Source of the DNA: Alphaproteobacteria bacterium
GTDB taxonomy: Bacteria; Pseudomonadota; Alphaproteobacteria; UBA9219; RFNS01
Direction: 5' to 3'
Assembly: GCA_037200005.1 (NCBI GenBank)
Contig: JBBCGY010000001.1
Location: forward strand, 42,416 to 106,415
Length of the DNA stretch: 64,000 bases
The notes under the pieces were generated by a model. That model did no database searches. It was not told the origin of the DNA and was given only the letters and a program-made list of their open reading frames with translations. Within the stretch, counting starts at the first letter, position 1. Every line of letters begins with the position of its first letter. Below are positions 56,760 through 64,000 of the stretch, in pieces. A program made the position numbers and the translations under genes.

Positions 56760-56960
56760 CCGCTTGAAAACCCGAAAAAACTCCGTCGCGCCTACCCCGT
56801 CATTAAGGAGGAAACCCATCGCGAGCGCGACATAGATTTTTCGGATTTTTAGGCGGACGTCATCCACATCACTTGAAAACCCAAAAAATATTCTGTCGCA
56901 TCCGCATGGCTTTACTGCTTGGGGGAGAACGATGGCGACGGAATATTTTTTGGGTTTTCA
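56760..56960. promoter_or_regulatory. three copies of a CTTGAAAACCC(A/G)AAAAA...GTCGC motif (two direct, one inverted) in the pilL-icmT intergenic region
   Basis: Copies at 56765-56792 and 56869-56900 (direct) and 56926-56958 (inverted; a 28-bp near-perfect IR with a ~30-bp spacer). Confidence 0.45.
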
Positions 56961-57115
56961 AGCCAAGTAACTATAGGAAATAGCCGGAAAAGCGCCATGA
57001 GAAAACAACAATTTTCGACTTTTCCCCAGAAGCAGGCGTGACATGGGTGCAACGGACGGTGAACAACAAAGATTAACGGATAGATAAGCGGGAAACAAAC
57101 CGCTCGATAGCGGCT

Positions 57116-57427
57116 TTATGAAGCGGTTTCGTCGCTCTCTTCCTGCGCCCGGGCATCTGCGGCGCCATAATCGGTCATGCGCCGCCGCAAAAGACGGATT
57201 GTTGCCGGACGCTCTTGGCCAAGAACCCAGCAGCGCAGGGCGCGCAGCGCCGACTCGAAGCTCAAGCCGCGCTGCTCGACGGCCCAGAAGATCAAAATCG
57301 TGATGACGGTCAGCGTCAAGGTCCAAAGCTGGATATACATCAAGCAGGCCAGAACCACGAAAAAAAGCCGCGCGTCAAAGATAAAGAAGCGGGCGATTTT
57401 CTGACTATTGCGCCAATGATCATCCAT
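57116..57427 (-). CDS. IcmT/TraK-family small membrane protein of type IVB secretion systems
   Basis: MDDHWRNSQKIARFFIFDARLFFVVLACLMYIQLWT matches the IcmT/TraK signature (HWRdS..pArFF.fDAR...hIrLWT). 103 aa. Confidence 0.6.
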   Translation of the reverse strand: MDDHWRNSQKIARFFIFDARLFFVVLACLMYIQLWTLTLTVITILIFWAVEQRGLSFESALRALRCWVLGQERPATIRLLRRRMTDYGAADARAQEESDETAS

Positions 57428-57513
57428 AATTCAGACTCCAGATGTCGGTGATCGGAAAGGGCAACGCGCGCCCTATCCGCCGGTTTCGGATAACTGGCAA
57501 CCGGTATTCGACT

Positions 57514-58743
57514 TTATACGTCCGTCGTTACGGTATCGTTAACGGCTTGCGTCGCCAAAGGCTCGAAATTCTGGTCTTCCCGTTCGTCGCCGGAGAAGCC
57601 CTTGGTAAGCAGCAGATACCAGCGGCGATCGATCAGCCCCGCCTTGAACGCCGATGTCGCCGATTGTTCCATGGTCTTGCCGTAGCGCACGAGCAAACGC
57701 TGGGCCTCGCTGGTCCAGCGCTCGATCGGCATATCAAGCAGAATTTCGCGGACATTCTCGTCAAAGATCATGAATTCGCGCAATCCCATGCGGCCGCCGC
57801 CGACTTTAGGCACGAGCGCCTGCGTGACGATCATGCGCAGCGTTTCCATCAGGGCGAAAGCGCGCTCGGAACGCTCGGAGGGCTCAAACACGCTGACCAT
57901 GCGTCGAATGGTGGCCGCCACCCCGGTCGTATGGGCCGTGGAATAGACCGCGTGGCCGGTTTGCCCTGCCTCAATGGAGGCCGAGACCGTTTCGCGATCG
58001 CGCGATTCGCCGACCAGGATAATGTTGGGCTTGCGGCGCAGCGCGTTGCGCACCCCGGCCGCGAAATTAGGCAAATGCTTTGGGATTTCCGATTGCGAAA
58101 CCAGCGACCGCTCGCCGACGATCGAATCGTACACATATTCGATCGGGGCTTCATAGGTCAGCATCTTGCCGCAGCCCTGAGCCCGCTCGATCAGCATCCG
58201 GTTGCCCGCGGCAAGCAATGTCGATTTGCCGCTGCCGGTCGGTCCCGTCACCAGGATCAGCCCCTGGCGCGGCGCCCAATTATCGATGATTTTTTCCTCG
58301 ATCCCCAGTTCGTGCATCGTCGGGGGAAGATTGGGCAGCGACCGCATGGTGATCTGCACCCCGTCCCGCCCTCTGCTCAGCATGGCCGTGATGTTGACGC
58401 GAAAACGGTAACGCGTGTTGCGATCGGGCCTAACCTCGTAGGACAAATCGAGATCGACGCCCGACGCAAGCTTGGCGATAGCGTCCTGGCCGTAAATTTT
58501 GGCCAGGACATTGGCCATATCCGCCGAATCGATCGATCGCCTGGTTATCGGAAACAGGACGCCGTCGACTTCGATATAAACCGGGCGGTCGGTTTGAATG
58601 CTGACGTCGGTGGTGCGCCGCTCGACGCACCACATCAGCAGGCCGTCGACATGCTCTTCGCGAATGCGCAAAGGCTCATCGGTCCAGGTTCCAAGCTCTT
58701 CGCTTTTGCGCCTGGCATCCGCTAGCGTAGCGTCGACTGCCAC
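57514..58743 (-). CDS. PilT-like hexameric ATPase, DotB/TraJ family
   Basis: Walker A LVTGPTGSGKST. Walker B/His box NIILVGESRD...HAVYSTAHT. PilT-type N-terminal domain. Confidence 0.8.
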   Translation of the reverse strand: MAVDATLADARRKSEELGTWTDEPLRIREEHVDGLLMWCVERRTTDVSIQTDRPVYIEVDGVLFPITRRSIDSADMANVLAKIYGQDAIAKLASGVDLDLSYEVRPDRNTRYRFRVNITAMLSRGRDGVQITMRSLPNLPPTMHELGIEEKIIDNWAPRQGLILVTGPTGSGKSTLLAAGNRMLIERAQGCGKMLTYEAPIEYVYDSIVGERSLVSQSEIPKHLPNFAAGVRNALRRKPNIILVGESRDRETVSASIEAGQTGHAVYSTAHTTGVAATIRRMVSVFEPSERSERAFALMETLRMIVTQALVPKVGGGRMGLREFMIFDENVREILLDMPIERWTSEAQRLLVRYGKTMEQSATSAFKAGLIDRRWYLLLTKGFSGDEREDQNFEPLATQAVNDTVTTDV

Positions 58744-59618
58744 TGTTCGCTCCGCGGAATAAGCGTGGATTGGCCGGTGATGGTAACGCCCCGGTCGCCG
58801 ATGCGCATTTCGGCGCCTCCGCCCGTGATGCCGCGATCCTCGTGAATCGCGAAGGGCGGAGAAATCATCCCCTGCGCCAGCAATTCACGGTAATGCACCA
58901 TGCCGACGAAATCGCTCGTCATGCGATCGAGATCGGCCTCGAAAGTATCGTCCGCCTGAATCACGCCGGCGTCCCACCCTTCCTTGACCCATTTGCGCCA
59001 ATCGGCGCGCTCTTCCTTGGTCTTGGGCACCAGGAGGCCCGGCGGCGGCTCCACTTTGCCCCAATCGCGCTCCAGATACAGGCGCCAGTCGCGCGAGGCC
59101 GTGACGATGCGGGCGATGCGATTGATGCGGATAATCCGGTCGGCAACGGCAGCCTTTTGACCGCCGCCGGTCACGATCACGGCGCGCTGGGCGTCCGAGA
59201 CGATCGGCGGCTCGATCAAAAGCCCCGAAGGAGCGTTAATGAGCAGCCTTTTGAAATCGAAAGTTTTGCTGAGGGTCGCTTCCTGTTCGGCAAGACGGCG
59301 CTGGATTTCAAAAGTGCGGTGGGCAAGGCCGCCGCGAGCGCCGTATGAAAGGGCCGCTTCGCGCAGCGCGTCATGACGGATTTGAAGCCCCATATTCTCG
59401 CTGGGCTTGGCGTTGACGCCTTCCGTCTGTTCCTGCAGCTGCCACAGATCGGGAGGCGGTTCGAGCGGCCCGACTGGCGTGCTGTCGGCCCACGCCGGCA
59501 TTGCCGCCAACAACAGCAGTCCGATCACGATAGCGGAAAGCCTGCGCATTTCAGATTTTACCGTCGGTTGGAGCATAACGCAATTGCACCGCGCCGGCCT
59601 TGGCATCGACCGCGACAT
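58722..59618 (-). CDS. periplasmic T4BSS component, DotC/TraI-like (tentative)
   Basis: Signal peptide. Size (~298 aa) and position next to the DotB and DotD homologues. No strong motif, so the assignment is tentative. Confidence 0.4.
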   Translation of the reverse strand: MSRSMPRPARCNCVMLQPTVKSEMRRLSAIVIGLLLLAAMPAWADSTPVGPLEPPPDLWQLQEQTEGVNAKPSENMGLQIRHDALREAALSYGARGGLAHRTFEIQRRLAEQEATLSKTFDFKRLLINAPSGLLIEPPIVSDAQRAVIVTGGGQKAAVADRIIRINRIARIVTASRDWRLYLERDWGKVEPPPGLLVPKTKEERADWRKWVKEGWDAGVIQADDTFEADLDRMTSDFVGMVHYRELLAQGMISPPFAIHEDRGITGGGAEMRIGDRGVTITGQSTLIPRSEQWQSTLR

Positions 59619-60070
59619 CGGCCCGGTTGCCCAGCTGCAGCCCGATATCGCGCAAGATATCGATCAGCGGCCGCTCGTAAACATCGACCGCGACCGTAAG
59701 GGGGACGGGCGTAGGCATACCCGCCGTCCGATAGGCGTAACCGGCCTTGGCCGCCAGAGTCTGCACCAACTGCTCCGCCGGTCCGTTCCAGGTTATGGTC
59801 ACGGGCTGCGAGAGGGCGTGCGGCGCGCCCATGAAATCTTCCATCGGCGGCAGCGGATTGCGATATTGCTCGATCCCAGCGACGGTATTGAGCGCTTTAG
59901 CCGCCTTTTCCGAAGCCTGGGCAATACGAAAAGCAACCGGATCGTTTTCAGCGACGAGAGGAGACACCGTTGGATTCGGCTCCTGACATGCCGCGAGCGG
60001 CATCAGCAGGATGAGAAATAAAGCGCCCGTGAAAGCGCCGGCGCAAGTAAGTGTAAATTTGGGCATGAAC
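59551..60070 (-). CDS. small lipoprotein, DotD/TraH-like (tentative)
   Basis: Lipobox LLMPLAAC after MFMPKFTLTCAGAFTGALF. ~170 aa, following the DotC-like gene as in IncI/Dot-Icm loci. Confidence 0.4.
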
Positions 60071-60217
60071 ATCGATCCCTGTCGATATCGGAAGTCAAGG
60101 GGCGATTCTGTTTTAAGCACAAGCACAGCCAAAAACCAAGCCCTAAACCGACATAGAGCGCGATCATTCCTCAGTGAAGTGTGTCTGCGCGTCCATGGGG
60201 ATGATCGCGCTCTAGCT

Positions 60218-60517
60218 CTAAGTCCTGAAGCGCATGAAGAACATCGCGTAGCCGAACAGCGCTCCGGCAAGAAGCAGAAGCAGAAGGCCGTTGAGCCACA
60301 CGCCGTTAATAAGAAAATAAAGCCCGAGCGCCGCGATCACGGCGGACGCTATGCCGTAAATCACCGTCGCATTCGGCATGGCGCCCTGCTTGGGCGGCGG
60401 GCTGGCCGGCCCCGACGGCACATAGGGAGAAACCGTCTGCCCGTTTCCCGGGGCCTGCAACGATTTGCCGCCGCCTATGGCGGGAACGGCGGGCGGCTTC
60501 TCTGAATCACGGGCCAT
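60218..60517 (-). CDS. small Pro-rich membrane protein (99 aa)
   Basis: Two C-terminal TM helices (VIYGIASAVIAALGLYFLINGVWLNGLLLLLLAGALFGYAMFF). Confidence 0.4.
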   Translation of the reverse strand: MARDSEKPPAVPAIGGGKSLQAPGNGQTVSPYVPSGPASPPPKQGAMPNATVIYGIASAVIAALGLYFLINGVWLNGLLLLLLAGALFGYAMFFMRFRT

Positions 60518-60549
60518 GGATCACCTCTTCCCCGCATTGCCGATGATCG

Positions 60550-61536
60550 TCATGGCGACAGATCCGACAGGATGGTGGCGACCTTGTCAGGCTTCCCGAG
60601 CACGACTTTGATCTTGCCGTCCTTGCCGCGATAAACAATGTAGGGCGTCGCGGAAATTTTCCATTCCTTGGTCATCTCCATGGTCGCCCGCACCGCCGTA
60701 ATATCGGCGGTGGGCGGCACGCCGGCAAGAGCGTTGGCATCGCCATCCACGAACTGGCTCCAAGCCTTGAAAGGCTCGGCCACGCGCAGGAATATTGCAG
60801 ACTGGCGCTCGTCTTCGCTGTCAGGCGCGCCGATGGGCAGTAATTTGACGCGCAGCTCTCCCTTGTCGACATGATCCTTGAGTTCTTTCCATGTCGCCTT
60901 GCAGAAGGGGCAATGGGGCTCGACCAGCATTACCACGAGCGGCTTGTCGCCTTGGCCCATGGTCACGCCCACCGCTCCCTGGAAATCCTGATAGAGTCGC
61001 TCGCCGGGCGACAGGGACACGAGTTCCGGCGGTCCACTTTTCGACGCAGGCTGCGGGTCACTGCCGCCACCGCCGCCCACCTTTTGAATTTCTTCCTGTT
61101 TTTCTGCCGCCGAAGTCAGCAGCGCCTTGATCTGGGGTATCTGCATGCCGACCGTATTCATTTGCTCGGCGGTAATATTGGTGCCCTCGGCCGAGAACAT
61201 CGCGCCGAAAAGCAATGACTGGCGATCGGGAGCGATATAGAAAAACTGAAGCTGCCCGTCTTTCTGCAGCATGAAGCCGGGCATGCCGGAACGCTCGCCC
61301 ATATAATAAAGCTCGGCGCCTTGCTGCAGCATCGTACGCAACACCGGTATCCTCTTGATATCCACATCGGTCGCAGGCATCTGCTGCGCCTTGGCGATCT
61401 CCGCCGGATCGGCCTTGAGCAGGGCGCCCACCGGTATTTGCGAGGATTTCTGGGCCGCCGCTGGAAACGCAAAAAGCGCAACCGCCAGAGTCAAAGGAAA
61501 AAGCCGCTTTGTCAGGGATTTCATCGTCATGGTCAT
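60550..61536 (-). CDS. DsbC/DsbG-like thiol:disulfide interchange protein (conjugative TrbB-like)
   Basis: Signal peptide. Thioredoxin-fold active site VEPHCPFCK. Dimerisation-type N-terminal domain. Confidence 0.7.
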   Translation of the reverse strand: MTMTMKSLTKRLFPLTLAVALFAFPAAAQKSSQIPVGALLKADPAEIAKAQQMPATDVDIKRIPVLRTMLQQGAELYYMGERSGMPGFMLQKDGQLQFFYIAPDRQSLLFGAMFSAEGTNITAEQMNTVGMQIPQIKALLTSAAEKQEEIQKVGGGGGSDPQPASKSGPPELVSLSPGERLYQDFQGAVGVTMGQGDKPLVVMLVEPHCPFCKATWKELKDHVDKGELRVKLLPIGAPDSEDERQSAIFLRVAEPFKAWSQFVDGDANALAGVPPTADITAVRATMEMTKEWKISATPYIVYRGKDGKIKVVLGKPDKVATILSDLSP

Positions 61537-62021
61537 TCGTCCACCTTGGCTATTTTAACGTTCCGATTCTCGGCTCCCGCCGCTGATTTCGGCGGCGGAT
61601 TTGCGGCGTATAACTCGTGCGCCACCAGCCCCTTATGCTCCATCACATCGATGACTTTGCCAGCATATCGCCCGCCGCGCCAGGGGGTAGCGGAATGATA
61701 ACGCGCGATACCGCCGCGCAAATAACCCGCTTCATCGATTTTCTGCCGCAGAATCCAGGCGGAAACATAAACATTGACGCAGCCGTTATCGCGCACCCAT
61801 TGCCGCGCGGTGCCGCCATCCACGCCCCACAGCCGCGCCAATTGCGGCATCCATACCGTGTTGACTTGCATCGGGCCTAAATCGTAGCTGCCATTGGTAT
61901 TATGGACTTCCTGGCCCACGCGGCCGCCCTCGACATGCATCATGGCAATCATCACCGCCGGCGGTACATGATAGGTTTGAGCGGCGAGCAGCAGGCATGC
62001 TGCGATCATTTGCGAAGTCAT
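61533..62021 (-). CDS. lytic transglycosylase (SLT domain; R64 PilT / VirB1-like)
   Basis: SLT catalytic region AMMHVEGG...SYDLGPMQVN. 4-bp overlap with the trbB-like gene. Confidence 0.8.
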   Translation of the reverse strand: MTSQMIAACLLLAAQTYHVPPAVMIAMMHVEGGRVGQEVHNTNGSYDLGPMQVNTVWMPQLARLWGVDGGTARQWVRDNGCVNVYVSAWILRQKIDEAGYLRGGIARYHSATPWRGGRYAGKVIDVMEHKGLVAHELYAANPPPKSAAGAENRNVKIAKVDE

Positions 62022-62025
62022 GGCG

Positions 62026-62907
62026 TTAGCTCCATCCTTCTTCTTCCAGCTTGGCGGCAGACGGCACCTCTAGATAAGTGCCCAGCGTCGCAAGCAGCGC
62101 CATGCGCTGGTTGAATTCTTGCCATACTTGGGCCATCGGCACAACATTGCCGTGCTTGGCGAAATAGGCCGCGCGATCATCAGGATTCATGTAAAGCAGC
62201 CGGTCCGCCTCGGCATAATGGCTATCGGCATAAATCTGCCCCGCGGATTTCAGAACCGCCCAGCACAGCAGCCGCCATTGCTCCGGGCTGGCCCCGGCCG
62301 GCGCCAGCGAACGCGTAATCTGATCGGCGGTTTTGACGAGCCGCTCCGCCACCTCGGCAAGCAAACCGTGCTCGCCGCGCCCGAAAGAATATTGCGAGAT
62401 GGCGCCAACCACGGGCACCAGCGTCTCCAGCATTTTGGCGCGAAAAGTCGCCACTTGATTGGGGACAGGCTCGATGCCGCCGGTCACAAGGTTCTTGAAT
62501 TTTTCCGGCAGCGCGCCAATGACCGCGAGAATCGGCTCGGCCGCGCCCGCATCAAGCATATGTCCCGTTGCCCGGTAATTGGCCGCGACCAATTGACAGG
62601 CGGCGCCGATAGCGCCCCAGCGCAGAGCGGCGGGGGCGGCCGCGCCCTCCATTTTATCCGCCATCTGGCGCGCTAAATTGGCGGCATTTTCGATCAGAAG
62701 CGGAAATGCCTCAAAATTCGCTTTACGGGTTGCGCCGGCGCCGGCCGCGTTGCGGTCTTGCTGGCCGGCTTCCAGCAACGCCGTCAATAAGGGCGTTCCG
62801 ACAAGACGCAGCGCCGCCGCCAGCGTTTGCATGCGCTGACCGGCGTCAATTTCGCTCTGTGCTCCCGCACTATCCATGAATAAAATCCAACCGGCATCGC
62901 CAGCCAT
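62026..62907 (-). CDS. hypothetical protein (293 aa), Ala-rich, T4BSS-associated by position
   Basis: An ORF with consistent codon usage. No recognisable motif. Confidence 0.45.
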   Translation of the reverse strand: MAGDAGWILFMDSAGAQSEIDAGQRMQTLAAALRLVGTPLLTALLEAGQQDRNAAGAGATRKANFEAFPLLIENAANLARQMADKMEGAAAPAALRWGAIGAACQLVAANYRATGHMLDAGAAEPILAVIGALPEKFKNLVTGGIEPVPNQVATFRAKMLETLVPVVGAISQYSFGRGEHGLLAEVAERLVKTADQITRSLAPAGASPEQWRLLCWAVLKSAGQIYADSHYAEADRLLYMNPDDRAAYFAKHGNVVPMAQVWQEFNQRMALLATLGTYLEVPSAAKLEEEGWS

Positions 62908-62996
62908 CCTGGGATGAACACGCCATAGCTTTCACGAAAACGGTTAACACTTGCCTTATGCCATGACAAGAAGTCATTAAGAAAACTAAAAGCGCC

Positions 62997-63971
62997 TTAC
63001 ATGCCCTTGGATTTCGACGCGGGGCCGGGGACGGTATATTTCACCCGCCGCGGGCCGGACTCGTTTTCGACCTTGATCGGACTGGCGACGCCCTCCGTAA
63101 AGTCCTTGCTGATACTGTCAACGCCGATGACAAACTGATTGAAAGTCGCCCGATAGGTTTCGTCCCGCTGTTCGGCTATGCTTTTAAGCTGGTTGCATTG
63201 CGCCAAAACGGCGGTTTTGACTGAGTCGGGACCGGTATCGGCCTCGAAGCTGTGATTGTTTTTGCAAAAAACAATATCGCGGTAATGCTGCAAGAGGGCT
63301 TGGCTCACATATGTTCTCGGATCGGGAGTGCCATCGCCGTCGATATCTTCACCCACCACCGCGTTACCGTTGCTGTCATAAGCCTGGAATATCTTCTGGT
63401 CATAGCCCGACTTGACCATATTATAGCCGATACGGATGCCATTCTCGCCGATGGAATTGGCTTTCATCAGCGGGTCGCCGACGGCGAGCTTCGTGCCGTC
63501 GGCAAGCTTGCCGTCGGGATCGGGAGCGGTGCGCCGCGCAATTTCATCGTAACAGGTGCGAATAAGCGTGCTGACCTTATCGAGCGTGCTGAAATTCTTC
63601 ATGATCACATGCACATTTTTCGGATCCATCGCCCTATCGCCGGTGATCGTATTCGGCTGGATCGCTTGAAGCTCGATATTTTGGCAAAAACGCACGGCCG
63701 ACACATACAGTTTCTGCTTGTCCGTCATGGAGTCCCACGCGCCCTTGGCCGAACCGGTCCACTTCGTGCAGGGAGAGTTGGGAATGGTGCTATCATAAGC
63801 ATCGGGACTATCGAGGCAGGTCATCTGCTCCGCGCTCGGCTGAACCATAACCAAATTGGCGAGAATGGTCGAAGGCTTGACGAAAGCGTGGGCAAAAGCA
63901 GGGTCCTCGAAGCAGGGATTGGCGGCGCTTCCCATGGCATTCCACCACTTCATGCCGAAATCGCCCTTCAA
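62997..63971 (-). CDS. hypothetical protein (324 aa), Cys-containing, possibly secreted
   Basis: Long ORF at the window edge. Several Cys residues and Asp/Gly-rich segments. No family assignment. Confidence 0.45.
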   Translation of the reverse strand: MKGDFGMKWWNAMGSAANPCFEDPAFAHAFVKPSTILANLVMVQPSAEQMTCLDSPDAYDSTIPNSPCTKWTGSAKGAWDSMTDKQKLYVSAVRFCQNIELQAIQPNTITGDRAMDPKNVHVIMKNFSTLDKVSTLIRTCYDEIARRTAPDPDGKLADGTKLAVGDPLMKANSIGENGIRIGYNMVKSGYDQKIFQAYDSNGNAVVGEDIDGDGTPDPRTYVSQALLQHYRDIVFCKNNHSFEADTGPDSVKTAVLAQCNQLKSIAEQRDETYRATFNQFVIGVDSISKDFTEGVASPIKVENESGPRRVKYTVPGPASKSKGM

Positions 63972-64000
63972 AAACTGTCCGTTCTTGCATAGCCTCTGCA

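Noticed and set aside
1-64000. CRISPR arrays
   Set aside because: No series of regularly spaced direct repeats was seen. The only repeat clusters are the rhs duplication, the intergenic motif triplet at 56.8 kb and the MITE-like hairpin.

Overview
This window looks like a mosaic accessory region from a high-GC, alpha-proteobacterium-like genome, followed by core genes and then a type IVb pilus / Dot-Icm-like (IncI/R64-like) transfer gene cluster. Left to right:

- 1-2.3 kb: small mobile-element-like genes, including a SprT-like HExxH metalloprotease.
- 2.3-11.7 kb: a decayed Type I restriction-modification operon. hsdM is frameshifted and hsdR is frameshifted twice. It carries intact, low-GC embedded cargo: a membrane-tethered 163-aa protein, hsdS, a 485-aa coiled-coil/2-TM protein, and a class-II Fic protein.
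- 11.8-13.6 kb: an XRE-HTH regulator coupled to an unknown 376-aa protein. A paralogue of this protein lies at 24.0-25.3 kb in inverted orientation, so the pair brackets the next module.
- 13.8-23.9 kb: a polymorphic-toxin locus. Four translationally coupled small ORFs end in a LuxR-type HTH. Then comes a 1793-aa HAF-repeat/RHS-repeat toxin with a C-terminal toxin domain, a Sel1-repeat periplasmic immunity gene, an orphan rhs C-terminal-tip cassette carried on a 755-bp direct repeat, a second Sel1 immunity gene, and a small 4-TM orphan.
- 25.5-27.2 kb: an AlpA-like regulator, a tyrosine integrase and tRNA-Lys(UUU), marking an integration hot spot.
- 27.4-46.0 kb: core-like genes (EAL response regulator, hybrid histidine kinase, rsmB, cca, upp, PagL-like, pepN, glycosyltransferases, nhaA).
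- 46.0-64.0 kb: an R64-like thin-pilus and T4BSS block, all on the minus strand. It has three tandem type IVb pilins, a GspF-like platform protein, a GspE-like ATPase, PilP/PilO-like proteins, a lipoprotein secretin, a TcpQ-domain protein, IcmT/TraK, DotB/TraJ, DotC/DotD-like lipoproteins, DsbC-like TrbB and a lytic transglycosylase. A 265-bp nested-inverted-repeat (MITE-like) element sits exactly between the secretin and pilO-like genes.

Most interesting for follow-up:
- the RM-embedded membrane/Fic cargo;
- the XRE regulator plus unknown paralogue pair;
- the regulator cassette upstream of the Rhs gene.
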